This document shows positions 12,900-30,924 of a stretch of 64,000 bases of DNA, piece by piece (the stretch's first letter is position 1; the number at the start of each line of letters is the position of its first letter). The stretch covers positions 3,410,001-3,474,000 of the forward strand of contig CM022673.1 of assembly GCA_012295275.1 (NCBI GenBank), given 5' to 3'. This DNA comes from Chrysomallon squamiferum. Taxonomy: Eukaryota; Animalia; Mollusca. The notes beneath the pieces are model-generated. The model was not told where the DNA came from. It saw nothing but the letters and a program-made list of their open reading frames with translations, and did not search any database. A program made the position numbers and the translations under genes.

Positions 12900-14680
12900 T
12901 GTAAGAGTAGTAGTAGTAGTCGGTTTTAGAGGATTTCTTATTAGTTTATGTATGTTGTATGTTAGTGTATGTGAATGTCATTGTAGCAGTAGTATTACTG
13001 GAAAGTCTAAAAGACAAAAATTAAAATTTTATGATTACAACAGTCTAAAATAAGAATAACTAGGAAATTTATTTATTTATTTATTTACTTATTATTATTT
13101 TTTATTTTTTTATTGACTATTAGTGGACAAAAATGATAGCCCTTAAAGGGCCTTTAAAAAAAGATAGTATGAAGTGATGTCCTTACACAAAGCTGTTCTT
13201 TTCGCTTAAATCAAAACACGACCAAACCTCCTGTATCAAATAAACGAATAAGCACAGTTCACTGACAACTCCATATTTCGTCTCGTTCTCGGAATGTCAA
13301 AGGTCTTGGGGTACATCTGTATTCGTCTGTGATACATTGTTTTCTTGAAAGCTTCGAATACAGTCGTCTGCCATTTGACCTGCAGAGGGCATATCTTATT
13401 AAACCTGACATTTGTTGAAAAGCAGGTTGGGATCACTAGGTTAAAACACCTTGTTACATGTGATGTGTCTTAACAGACAAACTCCGCCACGTGTTGAAAT
13501 CTCGTTCAGATGGGCTTTCGTTTTGGACACAGTTATTATCTGTTTATGTGTTGTGCATGACTATTTCTTGTTATAACGGTTTTGGACGTGCTTTATGTTG
13601 CATATGACGTACTGTGTGTGTGTGTGTGTGCATTGGGTTGCTTCGTATACTGTTTATGCGTTATATACGTTTGCATGTACTCTGTATTTGTACATTGTCT
13701 TGCGGTTTGTTGAGTAAATTAGTAATACCACTTGTCAAAAGTAAATCGTTCCAAAAATGAAAGTGGAATAATGTAAACGGCTGTGAAATTCTAGATAGTT
13801 TTCAGTGTCAGGAAACTAAGTGTTGTTACCTAAATCAATATTTAACTGTACTCAAACCATTTACGTCGAAGAAGTTGCTTAAAATAAAAATCTTTTTGGA
13901 AATATCGCTGTCGGAATGCACTAATGTAATATCAACTGTAACTTAATACAAACATACGCACACACATGAGTTTTCACGTGCACGCATACTTCAGACTTTT
14001 CGATATGATTCTCAGTAAATGATTTGCTAATTACTTGCGTTGCCTGACGCACACACACAAACACAACCACAGACACATTAACAATAAACAATATTTTTTT
14101 AAACAGCGGTTCACGATTTTCCACATGGGTAATTCTTGAGCCCTAATTGTCGTCGTCATAAACATTTCATCGTATGCAGTATGTATCGTATTAAACTGTA
14201 TTCAATAAAAATATATATATATATTTTTTTTTTTATACCGAAACGCCGTTCGAATGACAAAAGGAATGATATGACATTCCGTCTTCTTTCAGTAAAAATA
14301 AAGAACAAACAAAAACGCGAAAGAGAAAGAAACCAAAAACATTAAAGTACAGCATGAATCCAATATCTTTTATACACAGCCTCCCATTGGTTTCAAATTA
14401 GTGCCGAGTTCCACGCCAGTAGCTGGAGAGGAAATGATAACCTATAGGCGATATCCGGGAAGGACTTTCGTAAGGGCGGCGTTCAGTTATACCACTGCTT
14501 GCAATGCGTACACTACGCTGCAGTAACGTTGACGACACAGCTACAACGTAACAACGCTAAGCAAACAAGTGCAAACAACGCGTCAGGTCTCTTGTTGTTT
14601 CTAAGCATTGTGATAACACTGTTATTCTTGGAGTGTGCGATAGGGGTGTACACCCCTCCCCAACATTTAACTGTATTACC

Positions 14681-15071
14681 ATGTGGTGTCTTCTGGTAAT
14701 ATCAGTGAGGTAAGTTTTATTTTTTATTTATTCGATTCTTTCTTTCTGTCTTTTGTCTGTCTTTATAATAATAAAATGTTATTGTCGTTTATATTATTAA
14801 AATTTGTTTTATCATTGAGTAAATAATGTTTTTTTTTTTTATTTTATCTCATTCATTTTATGCTATTATTTATTTATTTAGTTGTTTTTTTTTTTTTTTT
14901 AAATTTATTTGTACTTTGTAGACAGGTAAACAAAAGTTAAAAGAAAACTAAAACCGACGACGTTTTAGAGTTGAAGGGAAATAACTCTATTTGATTTTAA
15001 ACTGAATCTCTAAAGATATAATATATTTTTTCCACAATGACTAATCACGAATTTATTTCTGTTATCTGTTT

Positions 15072-15123
<52 letters not shown>

Positions 15124-17143
15124 ATGAAGAAATAAGAAGACGAATTTAATAAATAATAATTAAAATAAAAGATCATAAAATCATTAATCAAGACAAGAAC
15201 CATATTAATGCCAATTACGGGAACAAAAATAAATAATTAATTCTTAGTACATCAAATAATATAAACTGTTCAAAAATAGACCACTAAACAAAAACAAATA
15301 ATAAATAAATAAATAAATAAATAATAAATAAATTAACAACAACAATAATCATATTAGTCTAAATTTGTTATTTCAATAATTAAATGGAAAGCAGGCTTTA
15401 AAATAGACAATAGCAACATGGCAAAAACAATTCATCTTTATCTTCACTTAGGCTTTCATGTGCAAATTCCTTTTATGATTTCAGTATGAAATTGTAACAA
15501 CTGTAAAAATTATAAACACGTTTGTTTTTGTCACTTCAAAACTATGTATATGATTTATGTCACCAGATTTTATGACAGAGATATGCCTTTAAGTAAATTA
15601 GCACATAAGTAAGTAAATGAAGTAAACAAGTAACTGCAAATTTCAAAACTTTACATCTATGAGTGGATGTATATTTAGGAAACTGATGTCCAGTTAGAGC
15701 TACTGGACAAAATATGACGATTAAAAAATTAGGTTTCTTTGAGTCTATTAAACTCTATTGACTGTTTGAAATTAAAACAAATAATACAAATTACTTTTAG
15801 ACTCAGGATGAGTTAAATGAATTTTTTAGTGAAGACAGATGAATGGCATTAATATTCATTTTGTAAAATATGTAGAAGTTTTTAATTATTCAGTATCTTT
15901 TTTTTTAATAATATTTGAATATGAAGCATTTTTTTACTGATGGTTTTAGCATGAAGTTTGGGAATTATTTTGATTCAGATCAAGTGATATCAATAAAGAA
16001 TTTTTTACTGATATTTTTAACATGAAGTTAAAAATATTCTTTTTATTCAGGTCAAGTGACATGAATGACTGTGAATATGGAAAAGAAGAAACTGGATCTG
16101 TAGGAGGTAACGTAATCAGCTTCAATGGAAACCTTGGAGATGTGCCGAATCCTCTCAAGTTTAAATTTGATCATTGGCCTGTGAGTAAAATTACAACAAA
16201 TTAGAACACATGTATATGGAATAGATGAATGTACAAATATGTGTCATGGTTGTATGTGGAAGTAATTTTTATCTATGGAATATTTTGAATAACAGCACAT
16301 GATGTCTATTTAAACTGTTCCCCATAGTGTTACAATTTGTATTTTGTTTCATGAAAAGTTTTTACAACCCAAAAATGTACAGTAAAATTTATTACAGTAA
16401 TATGTCATGATTTCAGGGTGTTGGAAACATCGATGTGTTGATATATGACAACAACAAATTAGATGACCATTATGAATACCAATATGTGACCAGAGTTTCT
16501 TTGAAGAGAAATAGATGCTCCAGTCATAAATTTAGTTTTGTTAGGATCTCGAAGCAAGTGAGTATTGGGACAACACAAGTTTTTTCAATAAGCCAGTTCT
16601 TGGGCAGAAAAGCATTTGATATTATTTTAAATTTTGCACGTCATTTTTATTTTCAAATAATTAAATTTATTTCATCATGACGGGAATTTTTTTTTTTTTT
16701 TTTTTTTTTGAGAAATACTGAATCCACAGCTGTAATTAAAATAATAATAAATATATATCATTAAACTACCATTCTGTTTTTAATTATATAATTTATTTGT
16801 TAACTTCCAATCAGGAAAGATCAAATTATGATACGCAGTGTTTTATATAGTTTATCAATTCAAAACTTGCTTCTTTTATTTCAGTTTTAAATTTGAATAA
16901 AATCCTGAATATTTTAATATATATCATATGAAAAGTAAATTCTCACATAATTTCAAATGTAAATACATTATCATTATTTTTCAGATTTAATCTAAAACTG
17001 AAGGTGTTTTGTGACACTAACTATTACGGTGAGAACTGTTCCACATTTTGTAAAGATGCTGATGATGACACTGGCCATTATATTTGTGATAAGACTAATG
17101 GTGTGAAGATATGTCAACCAGGTTTGCAGTTATTATTATTATA

Positions 17144-17185
<42 letters not shown>

Positions 17186-20100
17186 TTAAATTACTGCTGT
17201 TGTTATTGTTTGTTTCATCACTATTATTATTATTATTATTATTTTTAATTACTGGTGTTGTTATTGTTCTTTTCATTATTATTGCACATTTCATTATTAT
17301 TATTATTATAATTATTATTATTATATTTAATTACTGCTGTTGTTATTGTACTTTTCATTATTATTATTACTGTTATTATTACACATTTTGTTATTATTAT
17401 TATTTTTTTTTTTTTAAAGGCTGGAAAGGTGACACATGTGACATATTAAATTTTATCAAAAACTCTTCTCCAGCATACCCGAAATAATAATAAAAAAAAT
17501 ATATATATATTACCTTCATCCCCGACAAAAATCAAATATTTTAAACTTTCTAAAATAATGCCCTGTTGTTATTAGAATCTGTGAATTAAAAGTAAATAAA
17601 CAAATAAATAATTAAATAACTGTAATAAAAAATAATAATAATAATAAAACTGTATTTCAATACTCAGGTGTAAAATGAATGTAAAGACCCACAATCCCTA
17701 TTCGTTTAATTTATTTAATGTATTTGATTCAGTTTTCCATGGAGATGTTTAATGCAATTTATGTTGTCAGGAAAAAATGATCCCAAGTTTGTTTACTTTA
17801 TGGATGTCCTCTTTATTACAGGTATACATTGTGAAGGAGAAATAAATGAATGTGCTAGTAACCCATGTCAGAATAATGGTATTTGTCGTGATGCAACATT
17901 TGGATTTGTCTGTGATTGTCCTCCAGGCTTCACAGGCCTGCAGTGCCAAGTGGAAGATGTTAAATGCCGAAGCAACCCTTGTAAAAATGGAGTACGTTCT
18001 TTCATCTACATCTACAATATGTACTTCAAGAATCTATTTTTATTTTTTAATTTTACTTTTATGTTTAGAATAACAGAAGTTGACATCTTTTGAAATAATT
18101 TTAGAAGAATATGGTCAAATGTTGCCTTAGTATATTAAAGAATAACAGCTTTTATGAACTAATTTATTGTGTATCATTCATATATAAAAATCACTGTTTT
18201 TAAATGGACTGGTTTAAGATTGGCTTTTATCAGCTGAATAAATTTAGACATTAAACAATCATATATTCTAAGATAGTTTTATTTGTATATTTTTTTTATA
18301 TTCATTATCATCATAATAATAAGTATTAACAGACTTTCATCATTATTATTATTGCAGGGTAGTTGCTATAAGAAACAAAATGATGAAACTTGTATATGTA
18401 AGCCAGGTTGGACAGGTAGTTTATGTGAAGATGAGATAAATGAATGTGAAAGTGCCCCTTGCATCAATGCTGTTAAATGTACTGACAAATTTAATGATTT
18501 TATCTGTCAATGTAGTCCTGGATTCACAGGTTAGTCTTACATAAACTTTGGATAGTTTATATATGATCAGATTTTATAATGAAAACATAGAAATCTGTGA
18601 TTTTATGAGGAATAGTCCAGGAATATCTAATTATTTTAACTTTACTTAATTTTTATTATCTCTTCAAATGTAACATTAATTTTGAAACAAAAAATTAGAA
18701 CAGCCATTTGTTGTAATAATATGTTATTGTCTACAGTGTTACTGTATTAGTGTTATCTTTCCTTTTGGATCCATTCTGTAGATAGTTCAGTTTTTTAGAT
18801 AGGTACAGAATTTGGTTACCATCTTATTTCTTTTGTAAAAGTAAAAAATAAAAATTAAAGCTATCAAAAGTTCTGTTTGTTTGAAAAATGACAAAGTTCA
18901 TAGAAATAATGTTCCAGTTTTCAAAATGAAAAAACTTACCATTGAAACACTGCAAATAGCACAGCATTATTACTGACACATTTTGATTTCTTGCAGTGCA
19001 TTGATCACAAGATAGGAATGTGAAGGACTAACATCATTGCACCAAATTATTTTCTCACTGATCTGTCAACTGCCTAAATTAAATGATTTTAATAACCCAA
19101 TAAGTAGAATTGTTTGTTATGAAAAAAAAACAACAGCTAACCGTTCTTTATCAGTATCCTACAAATGTTTTATAGTTATCTCATATGGAGGGAATGTTTT
19201 TATTTACTCTTTAATATTCTAACTTGAACAACAGGCAGGCTATTAAGGCACAGCACTATGCATAGAAAGAATAGTTAATGATCAAGAATGTTAAAAGTTT
19301 ATTATTTTTAAAATGATCAATTTGTTTAATAATGTTATAACCATTTAACAGTCTGTGTAACCATTATTTTTTTATTTCTCTCTCGATTGTTATTATTACT
19401 ATTATTTTCTTTTGTTGAAGCAGTAATTGTGATTTGCTTCATTTCCAAAACAAAGATTTTTATAATACAGTAATTAAGTTAGAGGAATGTATTTTTCACT
19501 GATTGTATTGGACATTAAATCTTTTCCATGATCTTTTCAGACATGATTACATTAACTAATAAATTAACACCTTAGCTCTCTGTTTGTTTAATAGTGGTAA
19601 GATCACAGATAATAAAAATAATCAGATTTCTTTTAAAATAGTCATAAATCTCATAGATTAAGAATTATACATTTGAAATATAACACCATAAATAGTAGGA
19701 GGATAATTTTTCCAATTTGTTCTTGCAAATAAGCAATTTCTGTTCCTTGTAATTTCTTTAATTTTGGCAGTGTTTAACAAAATAATTGATACAATATTCT
19801 TCAGATTGCAATAAACATATACGTATGTGCTTTTTTAAAAATATAAATTTTGTCATTAATGGAATTTATATACATTATTTAACTGAATAAAAGTTTGGTG
19901 GGTTTTTTCTAATTCATTTATTTTATTATCACAGGTCCAACATGCTCTAAAAGAGTCAGTCTGTGTGACAGTAATACATGTTACAATGGAGGGACATGTC
20001 TGGAGAATGGTAAAGCTTTCACTTGTTTGTGTCCTTTTGGATTTAAAGGCAGCCGTTGTGAACTGTCATCAGCACAGGACACAGACAACTAAACACAAGA

Positions 20101-20790
20101 CTATGTTAGGTAAGAGCACTGTTTCATTTTCCAATACACTTAACCATTCATAAAAAGTCACCATAGACAGCGCAAACAAGGTTATTAAAGTGGGGTTAGA
20201 TTTAACAACTTATAAGATTCCAGTAGACATAACCAATGAAATTTCGAGTGTTGAACATTTAGTTGCAGAAAAACATGAAATTCATCTGTAAGTAACAATC
20301 ACTTGTTAAATAAAACAAGTGAACTGAATTCTGTTACTAAAATAACATCTAATATGGTCACAAATGAACCATCTATTACACAAACAACAACAGATGCATA
20401 TAGTAATGAAAAATTAGCTACACAAAGAACACATGTTCTTGCAAATAAACAAATTCTACTTATACAAAAATAAGAAACTAGAACAAGTGACTCTGTATCT
20501 GTAACACAAACAAGTGAATATAGAAACAAGTGAAAATTCCACAAATTTAAAAATAATGCTTGAACCAACTACAGACCAAAAACATCAATTTACACAAACA
20601 ACAGAACAAAGAATAAGTGAAAGTACCTTATATTCACTTTTGTAAATGAATCAAGGGCAATCTCAAATACTGGAACCTCCTTTTCACAGAGGACATCAGA
20701 TAATATTATCAAAGTAAAAATGATGAAGAATTAATTTCAACAAAAATATTGCAACATCTTATATCTCAGTTGTCAATATTATCCAGTACT
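14681..20790 (+). pseudogene. Pseudogene copy of the DSL-EGF-mucin gene; exon remnants 14681-14709, 16051-16180, 16417-16557, 16985-17121, 17420-17439, 17822-17991, 18358-18529, 19935-~20790
   Basis: Relative to gene D: 10-bp deletion in exon 1, loss of exon 2, frameshift in exon 4, truncated EGF1 exon, loss of the EGF5-6 exon, and stops in the mucin part (first at 20151). Confidence 0.88.
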
Positions 20791-21346
20791 GCAAAGTTTG
20801 TGTGTGTGTGTGTGAGCAAATCAGAACGTATTGTACAGCATTTTATTCGTTAATCTTCGTTTTCTAAACTCTGGGTATTTCAATTTATTTAATTTAATCA
20901 CATTCGAAGATGTGTGTTTGTTCTGTTTAACTTCCTATTTCATACTGCAGTATTCTTCTTTGTTGTCAAATAATAGCTCTAAACCTGTTGCATGTTTTAT
21001 ATTCATTTTATTTTATTTTGCATGTTTCAAATCCTTAACTGTGTGTAACCATGCAGAGATGTAAATCTGGCTGTACGTGAAAAACTGATGAATTAAAATA
21101 TGAGCATAAATATGATACTCAAATGCAGCAGATCTTCAATCCAACAAAGAGAATCAAAGTTAATGGAGATAATAACTCATTGCGTTGTGCTGATTATTAT
21201 TATCTTTATTTAGAAACAGAAATATAAATATAGTGCACTCTTAGTACATGTAAAAAAAAAATGCCTGTTTGTATGTTAATAAATATAAATAGCATAAAAT
21301 TACAAAAATAAAATAACTTATTTAAATATGTTGGTAAATTCTACAG

Positions 21347-21545
21347 GTGTTTGTGTTGGATCAAAGGTTGTTAAAGGTGTGGGATACAATCTGGACAGAA
21401 CCGACTGCAGCAACATGCGTGCAGTGTTTGTTTGACAAAAACAACGTCACTTCGGGTGTGTTTCACTGCCAGTGTCCCCACGGTTTACACTGGGATCAGA
21501 TGTCGTTGACGTGTAGTCAGCCAAACATCACCAACTGTCCTTACG
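21347..21545 (+). pseudogene. Frameshifted chitin-binding type-2 (peritrophin-A/ChtBD2) exon, Pif/BMSP-like
   Basis: AG|GVCVGSKVVKGVGYNLDRTDCSN/CVQCLF...CPHGLHWDQMSLTCSQPNITNCPY|GT; length 199 = 198+1, consistent with a single-base insertion near 21415. Confidence 0.75.
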
Positions 21546-21687
21546 GTAAAGTTGTTTTGGTTTATAATAACGTTTTACAACTGTCAATCTTTGTTTATAA
21601 GATTTGCATTTAGCTAAGGAAGAGAAATAATGAGAAAGATATGGTATTCAGGAAGAGAAAAGAGAGAGAAATGTTAAGAAGGAGAGT

Positions 21688-21750
<63 letters not shown>

Positions 21751-21920
21751 GGACGAAAATCATAATATACTGTACTACCAGTAGTAATAATAGTAATATA
21801 CCAGTAGCAACAGTAGCAGTAGTAACATACTAAAGATAGTAGTAATATTAATAGTATTAACAAGAGATGTAGAGGTGGTGGTAGTAATAGTAATATAAGC
21901 AATAGTAGATAGTAGTTGTT

Positions 21921-21963
<43 letters not shown>

Positions 21964-22399
21964 GCGCGCGCGCCTATATACACACACAGGCACATGCATG
22001 CATATACTTCGACATAAATCGAGGCAATGATGATTGCCGATTGTAAACCATTTTAATCAGAGTCTTAATTAAAGCGATAAAACATCTTCTGCATTACGTG
22101 CCGCAGGTAGCTATTTCCGTACAATGATTCTAAATTAAAGACAAATTCAAAGGAGCAGCTTAAGTTAATGAAAGAGACCAGGAATAGAAAAATAGATCAT
22201 TTATATATTTCTGAAAGGCACATCACTTTTTTCTACTCTTGATTATATGTGGTATTTTATTGTAGCTGATTTTAAAGTAATAGCAGTTTATTTCTCAGAG
22301 AGAGAGAGAATAACAACTATTATCTACTATTGCTTATATTACTAATTTCAATGATGCTATTTATACGACTGACGACGGGTTTTTTCTACACGTCACGTT

Positions 22400-22590
22400 A
22401 CTATGCATTTTATCGGGAACTGAATCGGGAACATTTTCAATAACAGGTAGAATAAAATGTAGTTACTCCTTTACCTATAAAGTAAACAGGAGTACAGTTC
22501 CTTACTGAGTTTATAAATTGAATTTCGTCAGAGAGAAAGTGAATTTTATTATATTTAATGTTAAATCGGTAAGTCTATTGTTAGAAGTAA
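22400..22590 (+). promoter_or_regulatory. Upstream duplicate of the gene C promoter and non-coding exon 1
   Basis: TATAAA at 22476 and donor CG|GTAAGT at 22568; close copy of 22960-23150. Confidence 0.55.
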
Positions 22591-22854
22591 AATTTCTGTT
22601 TTGCTGTAATTCTTATTAATTGAAGTTATTTCCCATTAATCACTAGAGTTAAAAAGAATATATATATAAATACTATCAATATCAAATCCAGATATGAAGA
22701 TTATAATATTAATTAATGATATTTTCAGGCAAGAGTTTTGTACACTAGTTGTGTATTACGTAACTAGATAGTAAAGAAAGATTGTTATTGATTAGTTTAA
22801 TCGTGATAAATTTATAATGAGCATAATACATAAAAACATCCAAAAATGGATTAT

Positions 22855-23122
22855 TATGCATTTTATCGGGAATTGAAATCGGGAAAACCGCGAGATCATA
22901 GATATATATAATTCGGGAAACCCGGCTATTTATACTGACCACGTGTTTTTTGCTATAAATGACGTTATCGGGAATTGATACGGGAAAATTCTCAACGACA
23001 GGCAGAATTAAATGTAGTTACTCCCTTACCTATAAAGTAAACTGAATACAGTTACTTACTGAGTTTATAAATTTAATTTCGTCAGAGAGAAAGTGAATTT
23101 TATCATATTTATTGTTAAATCG
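22855..23122 (+). promoter_or_regulatory. Gene C promoter (TATAAA at 23031) and non-coding exon 1 (donor after 23122)
   Basis: TATA box and strong donor; conserved with the gene A upstream region; clustered CGGGAA motifs. Confidence 0.6.
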
Positions 23123-23290
23123 GTAAGTCTGTTATTAGAAGTGAAAGTTCTGTTAATGTTGATGATATTTATAATATAATCGATGTTGTTTATTACATTA
23201 TTGCGTTTGTGTAAGATATATTTTGTCTATATCTTATTTCTAATAATTTTTATTCCTACTATTTTTCAGAAAACAGGAAAAAAGCAAGCT

Positions 23291-29449
<6,159 letters not shown>

Positions 29450-30151
29450 TTACTGTTGTACTTGGACTGATGGTGTTGATGTTTGGCTGTAACAGTATAA
29501 CAAACATGTCGACGGTTCGAGACTGGATTATCCAGTAGACCAAGCAGACACGTATTTATGAGCCTGTTGCTGTTGTTCTGATAATACTGAAACAGAAGTA
29601 ACTTTATTATAATAAAAATAATAACTAATTAATATATATATATATATATATATACATATATATACATGTAGTATATATTCTTTAGAGATGTTTAGTTAAT
29701 TTTCTTTGATTATTCATTTATTTATTTAATGTATTACTGTTTTAGAAGGTCTCTCACCTGGACTGTATCTACAAATGTTTACTTCTTCATAATCAGTTTA
29801 GATCTATCTTTTTCGTGTCAACCACGTTTCCAGCGTTAGAAATGGAAAAGAAAAGACTGAAGGAATCACTCTTTAGGCCAATCGATATGTGTTAATGAAC
29901 ATAATATAAACAATGCAGTACATTTTTAATCTACAGTTAATGTGAGAAAACTCACAATAGAGGCAGGCAAGGTGTCTTTTCTTATTACTAGTATGGGATC
30001 CCATGAACATCTTCACATAGATATGAAGTCACAAATTGTGCATGACTTATAATAAATCTGTCGTCGAACACTGTTTGGAACGGAAAATAACCCGGTCAGG
30101 CTTCATGACCAGTAAGCCACAGCGATCCCTGCTATTTATTTATCTATTTAT

Positions 30152-30185
<34 letters not shown>

Positions 30186-30846
30186 TAATAATAATAATAA
30201 TAATAGTAAACTTACAGTAAGGAAACTGCTGGAAAACGTGCGCTATAAAAATACTATTTTCTTTCTTTAGCTTGTATAATATGCATTTAGTCCATACAAT
30301 ATATTCTCGCAGTTCAGGGCATGGCTCGGTTCAAATACCTGTGCATTCCTGTTCTCATATCAAATTTAGCATAATAAATATTAACCCAGATACAACATTT
30401 TATTATTTCTCCCATGTTATTAAAAACGTTATTTAACAACATGACAAGATGAAAGAGAAGCAGGTTATTCACAGCGATGAGTCAAAGAGCGTCTCGTAGT
30501 TTATTAAACAGTTCTGGAAGATCTTTTGTCCGTCCGAAAAAAATTTGTCCGTCAGAGAATAAACCTGTAGTTATTTGATCAACTGATAGAGATTTATGGC
30601 AAGAAAGCTTTTCAGCTTCACTTATTTTATGTACTTCAAATGACATTACAGAATCTAAATATACTGTCACCTGATTTTTACTGATTTGTTTATTACTGTT
30701 AGGTATGTCGGCATGCCGCAGATGTCTTCATTTTATTTTATTGTATTTTGTTTTATTTTAATTTATTTTATTTTATTTTATTTTGTTTATTTATTTATTA
30801 ATTTTTTTATTTATTTTTTTATTTTTATTATTATTATTATTATTTA

Positions 30847-30924
<78 letters not shown>

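Noticed and set aside
13236-13436. Identical 66-aa minus-strand ORF at 13236 and 31241
   Set aside because: No recognisable domain and a non-ATG start; identity extends equally into the flanks, so it is not evidence of coding.
30482-30670. 62-aa minus-strand ORF with an acceptor-like start
   Set aside because: The paralog at 12560-12725 has a stop and an indel; no domain or partner exons.
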